A stretch of 59,232 nucleotides of DNA from a virus (IMGVR_UViG_3300033153_001737:1-59232); one strand, 5' to 3'. Numbered from the stretch's first letter, positions 19,271 to 30,439 are shown. The notes: generated from the letters alone by a model not told the origin. Made by a program: numbers and translations.

Positions 19271-19772
19271 TATTTACCTTTCTAAGATATTCAGCGATTA
19301 ATAGTCCATCCATATCCTTGCAATTATGTACGTTTGCATTTGGATACAATCGCTTGCCTAATGTTAATGAAGCTATTTTCAACTCCTCTTTTTCCACACC
19401 TTTTGGTAGCATCTCGCGTTGCCACTTCTTCGAGTCAATATAGTCAAACGGTATTTCGAGTTCTTCAAGACATATCTCAGTAGCTTCGTGTGACCTTGCG
19501 GCTGACACGGTTTGATGAAAGCGAGTGTTGTTTATCATCGGTCGCTCAAGTCTACAAATAATACGGTCTGCGTCCTTTATCATCAAGGCTAGGTTTTTCT
19601 TCAAGTCCTTGTATTCGATTCTGCTTACCATTCGCTTTACTGACTTAGTATAATTCATCACTTTTTTAACAGGAGTCTTGATTTGAATTGCATTTAATAA
19701 ACTATCTTCTAATGTTATACAGCCTATTGAGCCTGTTACACCGTTGTCTATTCCAATATATACTATTTTCAT
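19263..19772 (-). CDS. RuvC-like Holliday junction resolvase
   Basis: N-terminal YIGIDNGVTGSIG, LERP, KKWQ and C-terminal DGLLIAEY acidic motifs. Confidence 0.75.
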   Translation of the reverse strand: MKIVYIGIDNGVTGSIGCITLEDSLLNAIQIKTPVKKVMNYTKSVKRMVSRIEYKDLKKNLALMIKDADRIICRLERPMINNTRFHQTVSAARSHEATEICLEELEIPFDYIDSKKWQREMLPKGVEKEELKIASLTLGKRLYPNANVHNCKDMDGLLIAEYLRKVNNE

Positions 19773-20020
19773 CCGTAAAATTCATCCTTGTTAAATAATC
19801 GTGAATAACCACATTGACCACAACGAAGACTTACAAATCCACCCTTTTCGGTAACTGACTTGAAAGTTATGTTGCAATTAGGGCAGTACTTATCATCACC
19901 CAGTGGTTTACCTAAAACCAATCCAGCCTTGTTTCTCGTATAATAATCTTGATTATACTGAGCAACTTTCTCAGGATTGTTTTTTCGCCATTCTCTTATG
20001 TAATCTTTACGCGAGTTCAA
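19769..20020 (-). CDS. Small zinc-ribbon protein
   Basis: CPNC...CGQC after a YIREWRKNNPEK helix. Confidence 0.6.
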   Translation of the reverse strand: MNSRKDYIREWRKNNPEKVAQYNQDYYTRNKAGLVLGKPLGDDKYCPNCNITFKSVTEKGGFVSLRCGQCGYSRLFNKDEFYG

Positions 20021-20330
20021 GATTTTCTACCTCATTTTTTAATGAGAGAAGCTCACTCTCTAAGTAACATTTTTCATCTTCTAAAGTATCAATTTGGTTT
20101 TCTGCCGCTTTTCGCATATCTTCATTCGTTGACCTGACAGCTTCAAAGCTGGTTTCAAATTCATCATAAATTGCTTCAGCATAACTTTTTATATCGCTCT
20201 CCATTTCTTTTTCTGTTACTCTTGGTGAAAATTCAGTTATAATTTCTTCTACATATTCAGCAATCGCATCTTTTAATTGTCCGATACTTTTATCAATATC
20301 TGGGCAGGTATTCCCGTAATCAAAGCTCAC
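20007..20330 (-). CDS. Hypothetical acidic coiled-coil protein
   Basis: GTG start after GGAGG; N-terminal TCPDID. Confidence 0.6.
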   Translation of the reverse strand: MSFDYGNTCPDIDKSIGQLKDAIAEYVEEIITEFSPRVTEKEMESDIKSYAEAIYDEFETSFEAVRSTNEDMRKAAENQIDTLEDEKCYLESELLSLKNEVENLELA

Positions 20331-20358
20331 AGGCTCATTTCCTCCTATTTGACCGTCT

Positions 20359-20397
20359 AATGTAAGAATACAGCCGTACTCCTACAAGGGTTATTTT
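20359..20397 (-). promoter_or_regulatory. Sigma70-type promoter
   Basis: AAAATAACCC-TTGTAG-17 nt-TACATT upstream of 20330. Confidence 0.55.
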
Positions 20398-20422
20398 TTC
20401 AGTATAGTATTCTTAAAGTATT

Positions 20423-21721
20423 TTAACCGTCTTGCGCCTCCGCTTCAATAGCCGTTTTGTAAAACATCATCTTGTCTCCGTTAAAGCCGACATCATAAGT
20501 TGCTGGTTCACCATAGCGAGACTTCGCTACTATAATATTAGCTTCATATTTACTAGCTTCTTCATGGTCAAATAAATACTGTCTGAATATAAACATAGCT
20601 GATTCAGCAACCTGCTCAATAGTACCACCTTCGGCAAAATCTGAGCCTCTAGGCATCGGGTCAATACGAGACTCAATACCTCTAGAAAGCTGACTGACGA
20701 GTATTACATGACAGTTAGTGCTTTTCGCAATCCACTTATATTCATTCATTATTTCTTCGATTTGGAAGCGTCGTTCAGTAACTCCGGCAACTTTAATTAG
20801 CTGTATATAATCATCAATAATTACATCTGGTTTATGTCGCTTAATTTCTCGCATTGTTTCTTCTAAGTCTCTGACATCATCATACATCAATAAGTTTGCA
20901 TAACGCTTTTTCATTGTTTCTCTTATGTTCTCAAGTTTTGCGTAATCCTTTTCTGTAAACTGTTTTTTCCGTAGCTGTTTAGAGCGAAAATGTTCATTAA
21001 TAATTACCAACTTCTCAATCATTGCTGAATTACGCATTTCGCGATTAAACATCATTACTTTTAATTTTCGACTAGGAGCTGTCAGATTATGAATAATGTT
21101 TGTAACAAGCGTAGTTTTTCCATGGGAAGGCCTGCCGCCGATAGCCGTAATTTCTCCACGGGTTCCGCCACTAGCCGCATCATCCATTGCTGGTACACCG
21201 AATTGTATGAGATTGTCAGCAGTAATAATATGGTCAATAGAGTCGTCTATAACGTCGGCAATGTCAACTTTACGCGTAGGTTGTAAGTTTGCGAGTTCTT
21301 CAATATATTTTTGATGTTTGACTAATATCTCTGAGGTATCTTGATACGAACCGTCTAGCGCTACCTTTTGCATTTCAGCAGAAGTTTCAGCAACTTTACG
21401 CTGTACGTATTTAGAGTATACGATTTTAGCGTAATGTCCTGCATTAGCGGTAGACGGAATATTGTCAGTTAGTTCGGTTAAGTAATATGCTCCACCTGCT
21501 TCTTCGAGTTTGTCAGTTTCTTTAAGTGCGTTCACTACGGTCACTAAGTCAACAGTTACTTTTTCTTTTATAAGTTGTTTAATTGCTTTCCATATGGCCC
21601 TGTGTCCCTTTTTGAAAAATACATCCTTTTTCAGCCAACCCTCAACTTCTTCAAATCGAGTATTGTCTAACATTATCGAGCCAAGTACGGCAATTTCTGC
21701 TTCAGAACTATGCGGTATCAT
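20423..21721 (-). CDS. dnaB: Replicative DNA helicase, DnaB family
   Basis: PHSSEAEIAVLGSIM N-domain, Walker A GRPSHGKT, IIDDYIQL, LVSQLSR, GTIEQVAE, VAKSRYG. Confidence 0.95.
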   Translation of the reverse strand: MIPHSSEAEIAVLGSIMLDNTRFEEVEGWLKKDVFFKKGHRAIWKAIKQLIKEKVTVDLVTVVNALKETDKLEEAGGAYYLTELTDNIPSTANAGHYAKIVYSKYVQRKVAETSAEMQKVALDGSYQDTSEILVKHQKYIEELANLQPTRKVDIADVIDDSIDHIITADNLIQFGVPAMDDAASGGTRGEITAIGGRPSHGKTTLVTNIIHNLTAPSRKLKVMMFNREMRNSAMIEKLVIINEHFRSKQLRKKQFTEKDYAKLENIRETMKKRYANLLMYDDVRDLEETMREIKRHKPDVIIDDYIQLIKVAGVTERRFQIEEIMNEYKWIAKSTNCHVILVSQLSRGIESRIDPMPRGSDFAEGGTIEQVAESAMFIFRQYLFDHEEASKYEANIIVAKSRYGEPATYDVGFNGDKMMFYKTAIEAEAQDG

Positions 21722-21903
21722 GAAGAAGTATCTTCCATTATAGAAATAAATATTTCATTTGATTCTTTATCGTAATAATATATACAAGCAACTTGGCTTT
21801 CATTGTCACGGTCCAATGCTGAATATTTTTCAGCTTTAGGGTGAGAACAAAGCCATTCATTTTCATCCATTGGTTTAATTTTAATATCACTAAATACACT
21901 CAT
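21718..21903 (-). CDS. Hypothetical protein
   Basis: 61 aa, coupled at both ends. Confidence 0.5.
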   Translation of the reverse strand: MSVFSDIKIKPMDENEWLCSHPKAEKYSALDRDNESQVACIYYYDKESNEIFISIMEDTSS

Positions 21904-22178
21904 TAGAAATATTCAACTCCATTATTTGTCATTTCTCTTCCATTCTCAGCTTGCAATTGAATCATTTTTCCTATTTCGACTAAAGCTTCACCAAAACCAA
22001 AAGCTCGAGGTCTATTCCCATCGTATACTGGTTTCGTAACTCTAAAAAGTTGTTTATTTATATAAATTTCAGTTATATCAAATCTTCTTTTAGAATTATC
22101 AATACCTCCTATTGCCATTTGGGCAAACGGGCTTGGCTTTTCGGAATAAAAGGCCATATTTATTTTTAGTTGATTCAC
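21903..22178 (-). CDS. Hypothetical protein
   Basis: 91 aa, coupled at both ends. Confidence 0.55.
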   Translation of the reverse strand: MNQLKINMAFYSEKPSPFAQMAIGGIDNSKRRFDITEIYINKQLFRVTKPVYDGNRPRAFGFGEALVEIGKMIQLQAENGREMTNNGVEYF

Positions 22179-23023
22179 AGTTTCAATTCCTCCTGTTTAG
22201 GTAATTCATAATTAACAATAACTAATTCTTCTACATCTTTGTTATTGGAAGCGTACTTCATCTTAAACGGTATCTGATTCCAATGAGGCTCGGAATAGAG
22301 GTCTTCAATCAATTTCAACTTGTCGTAAGTAATCATAACCTTGCCTCCAAATTGATGTATTCGATTCATTTCAATATGTAACTTTTGATGTTCTTCAATG
22401 CCAAAATTAAACTGGTAATAAGGTACGGTTCCAGTAACCACATAGGGTGGGTCAACAAACCAAAATGAATCTGGCTTCTCACAATATTTCTTGACAAGCT
22501 TTTCATATGGAAGATTTTCAACAACTACTTTGTTAAATTTGCGTCTTATCTCCCAAAGCCTATCAACAAGTCCTGTATTCCAGTTACTTGGCTTGTCTGA
22601 CAGGCCGGTATTTATTTGCTGATTAAAACTATTCTGAATATAGTAATAGTAAGCTACTGCTGCATTAATATTAGGTATTCTAAACCAATTCTCCTTCTCT
22701 CGATGATTTTTCATGAAATCTTTATACCACGCTTCTTGAGTTTTGTAAATATCTTTTGATTGTATTAGCCATTTTACTCGATGTACAAATTCTTCAAATA
22801 CTTCAGAGCTTGCAGACATTACGAAATAGAGATTGGAAATAAGAGAGTTGAGGTCATTGACAATATTGAGATTTGCGTTGGCCTTACGGAAAAACAATGC
22901 GAGGCCACCCGCAAACAATTCAACAAATAATTTGTGTTCGGGAATCATCGGGACTAGCCTTCCCGCAACTGCTTGCTTTCCTCCGAAGTAGGCAAACAGT
23001 TGCTTTATGTTACCTTCTACCAC
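22175..23023 (-). CDS. DNA N6-adenine methyltransferase, D12 (Dam-like) class
   Basis: YFGGK, FVELFAGG, VNDLN, FVDPPY, ELVIVNY. Confidence 0.92.
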   Translation of the reverse strand: MVEGNIKQLFAYFGGKQAVAGRLVPMIPEHKLFVELFAGGLALFFRKANANLNIVNDLNSLISNLYFVMSASSEVFEEFVHRVKWLIQSKDIYKTQEAWYKDFMKNHREKENWFRIPNINAAVAYYYYIQNSFNQQINTGLSDKPSNWNTGLVDRLWEIRRKFNKVVVENLPYEKLVKKYCEKPDSFWFVDPPYVVTGTVPYYQFNFGIEEHQKLHIEMNRIHQFGGKVMITYDKLKLIEDLYSEPHWNQIPFKMKYASNNKDVEELVIVNYELPKQEELKL

Positions 23024-23859
23024 TAAGCGACACTTTTCATTGCGAAGCGATAAATATCACGTTCAAGATTATGGACAGATTCTTTACTTCTATCCATCGA
23101 ATGCGAGAGCACATAAGTTCCGGCATTATAGACATCCCAGACATTAGTGCTTGTCAATTGAGCAGTTACTTCATCTTGAAATTGTTTAGGGAAATGAGCT
23201 ACGAATTTGTTAATGTCAGTTGCTAACATAGTTGAGTTAACCATCGGCTGAAATCCACCTTCAATCATATCGTTCATATTTACAAATACTCGCTGTATGA
23301 TTTGCTCGATGTTGTTAAGTGGTGTATCTTTACCGATGTGCATATACATCTCAGTTGATGACTTCCCGATAGTCAAACCGTTACTACATACAAGCCTGTA
23401 AGCTCCGTATCGGAATCCTACGCGCTTCGTGCCGTCATAGCTATTCATCAGCGTAATACGAGGGTGAACGATGTCATTCCCTATCTTGACCTCTCGCTCT
23501 GGGAAGTCAAACGCAAACTGTGAGCGAGCATTGCCAAACACGCGATTGATTTCGATGTCAGCTTTGTTATTAGGTGAAGGTATTACGCCACCATATTGGT
23601 CAATTAACGGTAACGCTGATTCTAACAATTCACGATTAGTAATAAGTCGATAGTCAGCCGACATAACAGAAATAGGCTCCATTGTATCATGTCTTACTAT
23701 CATCTTGAATTTAGACTTTGCATTATCATCGTCACCAAACCAAGCTTTTGCTCCTTGAGTACCATATTCAATACTGCCATTTGGCGCAAAGAATGGTTTC
23801 TCAATTGGGACTTCTTTGACGGGGAATAAACTATTTTCATATTGGTCAATATTTAACAT
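23023..23859 (-). CDS. DUF932-family protein
   Basis: VMSADYRLITN...LMNSYDGT...GAYRLVCSNGL...WDVYNAGT. Confidence 0.75.
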   Translation of the reverse strand: MLNIDQYENSLFPVKEVPIEKPFFAPNGSIEYGTQGAKAWFGDDDNAKSKFKMIVRHDTMEPISVMSADYRLITNRELLESALPLIDQYGGVIPSPNNKADIEINRVFGNARSQFAFDFPEREVKIGNDIVHPRITLMNSYDGTKRVGFRYGAYRLVCSNGLTIGKSSTEMYMHIGKDTPLNNIEQIIQRVFVNMNDMIEGGFQPMVNSTMLATDINKFVAHFPKQFQDEVTAQLTSTNVWDVYNAGTYVLSHSMDRSKESVHNLERDIYRFAMKSVA

Positions 23860-23860
23860 T

Positions 23861-24244
23861 TTACAGCTCCTTCTTTTTAGGTGCGCTTCCTATTCGCTTT
23901 TTTTCTGCATAAGCTACCGAACTAGAATTCTGACCTACATTTTTGATAATCGCAGCTAGGTAATTCCAGCCTTTTCCTTTTTGCCAATGTACACTATTTA
24001 GGTATGCTTCACACCCTCTGACAAATTCAGGGTCAGGTATTTTAGAAACCTTGTACATAAATTGCAACTTTGATTCGATACTTTTGTCGGATGGTATATA
24101 TTGTTGAATTTTGTCCGAGACTTTCGACAATGCAACTTTAGCCTTATTGCTTCGTTGTCCGTATAGTGACCGCAATTCATTTAGGGGATTTTTCTTCCTA
24201 TACGTACTGTGGCCACATACCGGACAAGTTCCCTGAAATGCCAT
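23861..24244 (-). CDS. Possible replication initiator or helicase-loader partner (DnaD-C-like)
   Basis: N-terminal CPVC and C-terminal WNYLAAIIKN resembling the DnaD/DH2 YxxxI motif; near dnaB. Function is inference. Confidence 0.4.
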   Translation of the reverse strand: MAFQGTCPVCGHSTYRKKNPLNELRSLYGQRSNKAKVALSKVSDKIQQYIPSDKSIESKLQFMYKVSKIPDPEFVRGCEAYLNSVHWQKGKGWNYLAAIIKNVGQNSSSVAYAEKKRIGSAPKKKEL

Positions 24245-24465
24245 TAGAAAAAGTGTCGCTCTCTGATTTCTTCTAACAGCTTGACAAAGCCAGTGATTGC
24301 ATTTAATTCAAGAGGAATAACTATAGCTTCGGGGACAATCAACGGATGTGATTGTTTTAACTTTTTGTCGTGAATGGCAATAAAAACATAACCACCATTA
24401 TTAAAATCAGTATCTGCAACTATTTTGACACTCTCATTCTCGTGAATATATTCCATTGGAATCAT
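24244..24465 (-). CDS. Hypothetical protein
   Basis: 73 aa; TAATG coupling. Confidence 0.5.
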   Translation of the reverse strand: MIPMEYIHENESVKIVADTDFNNGGYVFIAIHDKKLKQSHPLIVPEAIVIPLELNAITGFVKLLEEIRERHFF

Positions 24466-24707
24466 CCCTTTCTCTGAGTGAAATGTTAGCTCCCCACATC
24501 ATTGCGGCGAGTTCTAGACTTTCTTTTCTTCGATGAATGTTAGCAGTAAGTATAAATGTATTAAGTTGGGTATTGAATTCAGTTACTTGAACAAGTATTT
24601 GGCGTCTTAATTCGTTACTTTGTCGATACTCGTATAAGATAGATAGAAATATTAAGAATACAAGTAAAATAGCTAACTTATTGATAATATTAGAATTAAG
24701 TAGCTTT

Positions 24708-25208
24708 TTATATGGTATTCCCTGTACTTCCAAAACCACTTTCTCCGCGTTTTGTCTCAGATAGTTGGCTAACGATTTGAACGTTACAATGTTCCCCAAC
24801 AAGTAGTTGAAATAATGACGTACCTTTTTTAACTTCAATTTCAGCTCCTAAGTTGTCTACTTTTGCTATCAAATTTCCCCTATAAGAAGAATCTATTATT
24901 CCAACTGCATTAGCTAGTCGCAATCCCGTCTTGCTGATACTTGAGCGTGGAAACATCAGTATATGTGATGGATTATTTTTAAGTCCTTCTATTCTTGCAA
25001 ATTGCGGGCCTAATTTCTCAATCTCATTTTTGTGATATTCAATCTGTATTTTGTGGTCAATAGCATTTGACGTTTTTAGCTTTTGAATCACATGAGTGTC
25101 TGGGATGAACAAGTCAAATCCAGCATCCATTGGATTACGATTTTCAATATGTTTCTTATATGAATCGACCATCGACTCTTCAAGAATCTTAATTTTAAGC
25201 AGTGACAT
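24708..25208 (-). CDS. dut: Trimeric dUTPase
   Basis: DAGFDL, PRSS, GIIDSSYRG, FQL, RGESGFGSTG (motifs I-V). Confidence 0.95.
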   Translation of the reverse strand: MSLLKIKILEESMVDSYKKHIENRNPMDAGFDLFIPDTHVIQKLKTSNAIDHKIQIEYHKNEIEKLGPQFARIEGLKNNPSHILMFPRSSISKTGLRLANAVGIIDSSYRGNLIAKVDNLGAEIEVKKGTSLFQLLVGEHCNVQIVSQLSETKRGESGFGSTGNTI

Positions 25209-25659
25209 TAAACTTTCTCCTTTTCGGTTATAAATTGACTCCTAGCCCATTTGCGTATTGTATTGTGTACAATTCCGCGACTTCTATTAAATGTATTTTC
25301 AACATTAATCATAACATGCTTGTTATCAGCATCAAAATGCAGCCAATAACCATCTTCTTTTTCTTGCAAAACTAACTTGACAATTACTTCTTTCAACTTC
25401 TACCCTTTCTATTTGCTCAATCATGTGTCCCATATTCGCCTATTCGAGCCATTACAGCCAACCCCTCTTTAGTCAAGGTTTCTTCTTGCCGAATATATTC
25501 CAACTGCATTGGTAGCATTCCGCTTGCCCATGATTCGACTTTAGCTGCTATGGCATTAAAGAAAGTCGCCTGTTCAAGTGAATCCATCTCGCACCATAGT
25601 TCTCCAATCTCAGTCGCAGACAGGCTAACCTTAACATCTACCCTTTTATTAATTATCAT
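25208..25659 (-). CDS. Two small hypothetical proteins (25208-25396 and 25417-25659)
   Basis: 62 and 80 aa ORFs with purine-rich SD sequences. Confidence 0.55.
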
Positions 25660-25674
25660 CTTTTTCCATCCTTT

Positions 25675-26184
25675 CTAATTAGTCTTGGGTGTAGGGGGTT
25701 TCATTAGTGAATCTATCAGCTTCTTATCTGGGTGTCTGTAATTCTGTATCCATTCAGGGGTTTTGACAAACCTTCCCTTTTCCCTGAGCTGGACATACAT
25801 ATCAAAACCAGCTTCATACTCAATAGCATCATCCATCTCTGACAGCAAGAGATACATCTTTTGTTGCCAAGAATCAGGCATTGCGTGTAATAAAACTCTG
25901 GGGACTACAAGCCAAGATGCGTATGAAAGGCCGAACCATCCCCAGAGATTGCTATTGCCAACCCCGTCACCGATACGTTCCCCACTCTTTTCTTTCAATC
26001 TCTCTATTTCGGATTGCTGTCGAGCGTCACGATTCACAAGGAATACTACCCTGCGTAAGTCTTTATTATGAAGCATTGTTCCAGAATAATGACTTGCGCC
26101 TGCATGTGCTTTGGCTCTTTTGATACAATCATTTATCGTTATGTCATATGCGCCTATCATCTCATCATTTATTAATTTATCCAT
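25675..26184 (-). CDS. Hypothetical phage protein (likely start ATG 26184)
   Basis: SD GGAGGGAG precedes 26184; C-terminal half WFGLSYASWLVVPRVLLHAMPDSWQ looks like a conserved phage domain. Confidence 0.6.
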   Translation of the reverse strand: MDKLINDEMIGAYDITINDCIKRAKAHAGASHYSGTMLHNKDLRRVVFLVNRDARQQSEIERLKEKSGERIGDGVGNSNLWGWFGLSYASWLVVPRVLLHAMPDSWQQKMYLLLSEMDDAIEYEAGFDMYVQLREKGRFVKTPEWIQNYRHPDKKLIDSLMKPPTPKTN

Positions 26185-26186
26185 AC

Positions 26187-26711
26187 TCAACTCCCTCCTT
26201 CGGTTTCGGCCTTTTGGGTGCATATTGGATAGAACTCACCAAACACCTCTACAGCCTTCTTATCATAAGCTTCACCAGCTTCATCTATTGTGTCGTATGT
26301 TCCAATATAGATATGCTCCTTGTTTTTCATGAGATAAGCGGCGTATTTATCCCCTCTTTGAGCTACGCCACGCCTGCCAGTTGGACCTAAACGATGATGC
26401 CTATTCATTGCGTTCTGGGAAGAAGATGCTTCTCTTAAGTTACAAAGCCTATTGTCTGACTTGTTCATGTTTATGTGGTCAATAGTCTCTTTTGGGAAAT
26501 TACCAAATATGTATAGCCAAGCAAGCCTATGAACGAGTAATGACTTTTTATTTACAACAATATTGATATACCCAAGTGAATTTACACCACCTGCAACAAC
26601 CCCGATTCTATTTTTATACGTATGCTTTTTCCATGTGAAGATTCCAGTTTCACTGTCGTAAAAAAGGACTTCTTTAAGACTGGCCTGAGTCAAAGAATTA
26701 TTATACTTCAT
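26187..26711 (-). CDS. HNH endonuclease with a C-terminal AP2-like domain (free-standing homing endonuclease type)
   Basis: YDSETGIFTW, HRLAWLY, IDHINMNKSDNRLCNLREAS, YIGTYDTIDEAGEAYD. Confidence 0.92.
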   Translation of the reverse strand: MKYNNSLTQASLKEVLFYDSETGIFTWKKHTYKNRIGVVAGGVNSLGYINIVVNKKSLLVHRLAWLYIFGNFPKETIDHINMNKSDNRLCNLREASSSQNAMNRHHRLGPTGRRGVAQRGDKYAAYLMKNKEHIYIGTYDTIDEAGEAYDKKAVEVFGEFYPICTQKAETEGGS

Positions 26712-29700
26712 CTGTTTTACTCCTGCATACTTCCCAAAGTGCCTGAATGATATTCTCTAATGGTTCGCTACTTCTGCCTTTAGACTCGAGATTCTTTGCG
26801 ACTTCATCCATTAGGCTAATATACTCGCTTACATCACAAGTTAGAGCTTCCTTAATCATCTCATAAGGCGACACTTCAATCTTAGGTTCGGGGCGTTGAC
26901 TGTTTGCATACTGTACCATAATTTCAGCAATAGCTAATGGCTTCAATGTTCCAAAGTTCATATTCCATCCAAGAGCATTACCTAAGAACTGTTGTGCGCT
27001 TGCTGTGTTTGGCTTATTCATTTATTCCTCCAATCTCTCAGTTACTTGGGGATTAACCCTCTATAACCTGACATTCTGTAATATCAAATTTCTTAGTCAT
27101 GTTATCCTTTTCCAAAACAAGTGTCAGGTCAGTGGAGTAATAGCCATTATTCCAGCCATATCCAGGAACCTTTACATCCCACCCCTTAATTGGCCTGAGT
27201 CCGATACCGTAACCATCTATTTTGGTAAAGAATTTATCATCTTCAAGGCTGAACTCAAGCCCATCAAAATCCTTAAGGTTCAAGTCATCGAATGAAAGAT
27301 AATGTGATTCACAACAATCATTTTCATGATATGTTGACAGCTCAGAACCATCAGAGAACTCTATCCTATACTGCTCTACTTTTACCACTCTTACATTTTC
27401 CATAACCTTCTCCTTCTCTAACTCTATGTTATTCGTTGGGGTTTAGTTGTCACAAGGTCGATAGTTTGGATTAAACCCAGATGGTTTATTCTCCAATTCC
27501 TTAATCCTCGCTTCCAACTGAGCAATTTTATTGTTTAGCTCATCCAATGTACATTGCCCATCAATGGCATCTTGCTTGCGTTCCTTATTTAGTTCAGCAA
27601 TCTTCTCAAGGTTCTTGGAGTCAGGGGCTTCCAGCCATTCTAAATAGACAGGGTTGATAACTTCAAATCCTAATTCATTCTTATAGACTGCTTTTTGTAA
27701 TATTTCTTTCTCAAACGCCTCTCTTGCGCTATTGCTCATTGGGAACCTCTATAGTTATTGGAATACATCTTAATTCGCTTTTTCTTTTTTTATAATGTGC
27801 ATCTACTGAGTTTCTATGAATACCACATAGTTCATAAATTTTCCCCAGTATTGGCTCTGGAGACACCCATTTTGCAGGGTTAGAGCAGTATGCAGCTTCA
27901 GCATAATAGCCAACACTCCCCATTGTCATATCGCATCTACCCTTCATCCTCTAACTCCTTTGGTAAATTGTTTTACCGTTTCTGGTGACGCTCATAATGA
28001 TTTCAGGATTTCACTCTTAAAGCGGTCCATAATCTCATCTAATGTTATGATACTGTTCTCAAGTGCTGAATCTATTGCACCGACACCTAATTCTTCATCT
28101 TCTTTACGGTCATAGTACATAAACTTAGCAACGAGGTCTGATACCGTATCAAGGATTACCTTTTTAGTCTTAGCTTCTTCTAATGTAAATTCGTTCATGT
28201 TAAAGCTTCTCAATCTTGGTGATATGGTTGGGCAATATAAAATAACGGCAATCACTTCCCTTGGTAAACTCACGCCATACAGTAATCCAGAAACCATCTT
28301 TGACCTCATCCAAGGCAACATTCACTACTATCGAGCATTCTTCAACACCAGCAAACATAAAATCACATTTAATTTTACTCATACTACTCACCCTCTCCTT
28401 CTAATGTTATCATGTTATGAGGTTTCTCTAACATAAGCGTGATTCCATCTTCTTCTATGTCGCTCATGTCCAGCAGGTTCATCATGTCCGACTACTTTTC
28501 TTCCGCACCCAGGGCAGTTTGCTTGGTCATCGCAAATAGCGGTATTGCAGCACAAAGTAAAGAATGTGCTATTAGTTCCGCTTGGGTAAAGACTATGTAG
28601 CCCTACTGGGTAATCATCATTTGGAATCATCCTCAATCCTCCTCTATAGTTACTAATGCGACTTTGATTGGTTCATCTTCCCATTTAAGGCTTGGGAATA
28701 AATAATTACTTAATCGTTCTGAGATACCAAAATATACCATGTCAATATCGCCCTTATTAAAGAGCCATTCACTTGACTCTATATCTCTTTCTGGCCTCAT
28801 TTCATACAAACAAGTACCACCTGAATCGTCTGTTGCCACCCACAACACCTCAGCTTCATCAATCTTAGACTTCAAGACTTCATATTTGGATTTCCAATGA
28901 GATACATCTTGGTCTACTACTGTTTTCAGTGAGTCTATTTCACGTTTCTTGTGTCCAATCAGCCTTTTCATTCCTTCAAGCTCGACACTTAAACCTTGAG
29001 CTATTCCAATGTATTTGTCCAAACTTTTATGGAGGCTTAAATTCTCTTGTTGTGATTTTTTAAACATCTCAATGATAAATGGCTTAGTCGCTTTCATCAT
29101 TTCTTTTTGCCAGCTATCATCAAACGGCTCAAACTTCTCTATCAATTCTTGTCGATTCATATTCAATCTCGCCTTTCGCATTCTCAAAAGTTGCATGTTC
29201 TCTACAATTTGAGCAAATATTCATATCATTCCATTTGTTAGCAGTACAACATGTAGATAAATATTCATCGTTATTAATAATAATCGGTTCATCAGGTGGG
29301 TCAAGATGTGACTCTTGACCCCTAAAATTATGATGATATTGATTCATTATCGTCTTCTCAAATATACTGAAAAGTGTTTACTGTTAGTTTTACTTGAATC
29401 TCCACTTTTTGAATAGCCACCTTTAATTGGATGTCTATATCTAATTTGAAGTTTATACAATGACTTAGACTTTTTCATCAGTCTATTGATAGAAGCAACA
29501 TAGCTTCGATTGCCTTGTACATTCTCAATATCATTAACTAAATGAACATTAAACTGACTTCTAATTTGTTCAACTTTTTCCTGTGCCTTAATTATCTCAC
29601 CATAATTGTAACGCATATTCTCATATGATTTCATTATACTAAAATAACGGTCTTTATATTCCTTACGGAGAGCATTGGCTCTAATAAATAAAATAAAAAC

Positions 29701-29784
29701 GGTTACTAGACACAAGAATAAAATTAGTATCGAATAATATATGACATCAAACTGCAAATTTAACATCAGCTTCTTCCTCTGCAT
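26701..29784 (-). CDS. Run of about 10 small hypothetical ORFs (26701-27021, 27053-27403, 27443-27739, 27729-27947, 27992-28198, 28200-28391, 28415-28636, 28633-~29160, 29129-29347, 29347-29784)
   Basis: Densely packed, mostly with SDs. Several are Cys-rich (DCCESHY...GYYS; CCNTAIC..CPGC; STCC..CSNC) and one has a TM segment. Confidence 0.6.
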
Positions 29785-30421
29785 TTGTTAAATTTTGTTC
29801 GTAATAAGCTATTTGTTTTCTAGCATCAAGTGTTGTTTTCTTAACCCATCGCTCTTTAGCCTTTGCGGCAAGCATTTCAAAAGACATTGCTACATCACCC
29901 CAGCGAGCAATCAAATAGCGACCTGTTTCGGTAAAGTTAGGATGTTTACCTCCAGCAGATTTAACATCTTCTTCTGAGCTAAATTCTTTATCTTTTAATT
30001 CCTTTGCTGAGTCCTCGTAAAAATCATATTCAGACCAATGTCCGGTATATCCAACAAGAATAGGGTCTGGACTTTCGTCATCATAGTGTACTTCCATCTT
30101 GATAAAATATTGTTCGTCAATAGAAAGTTTTGCAAGGCTAAGAACCTCAACAGGTATTGGTGCAATTCTATAGTTTTTAATATCTTCTCTTCGCCCACAC
30201 AATTCGCCAAATATATCTCTCAGTACGCGATTCATTGGCGTGAAAGGTATAGGCGACTTAGATGGTGTTAATACTTCATTTTGACCCTTTAACCCTAGTG
30301 ATGCTGTCAATTCTTTCCACTCTTTTTGTTTTTCTTTGTCATAGACTAAATTTTTCGTCTCTTCGACCATAAAGGACTGTACGACATTTGCTACATTTAC
30401 GGGTGTTTTCATTTGTTCCAC
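29747..30421 (-). CDS. Conserved-looking hypothetical phage protein
   Basis: IPVEVL...DPILVG...YLIARWGD. Confidence 0.6.
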   Translation of the reverse strand: MEQMKTPVNVANVVQSFMVEETKNLVYDKEKQKEWKELTASLGLKGQNEVLTPSKSPIPFTPMNRVLRDIFGELCGRREDIKNYRIAPIPVEVLSLAKLSIDEQYFIKMEVHYDDESPDPILVGYTGHWSEYDFYEDSAKELKDKEFSSEEDVKSAGGKHPNFTETGRYLIARWGDVAMSFEMLAAKAKERWVKKTTLDARKQIAYYEQNLTNAEEEADVKFAV

Positions 30422-30439
30422 AATATTATTCCTTAAAAT

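Noticed and set aside
26187-26711. Group I intron carrying the HNH gene
   Set aside because: The ORF abuts complete neighbours with no room for intron core structure, so it is free-standing.
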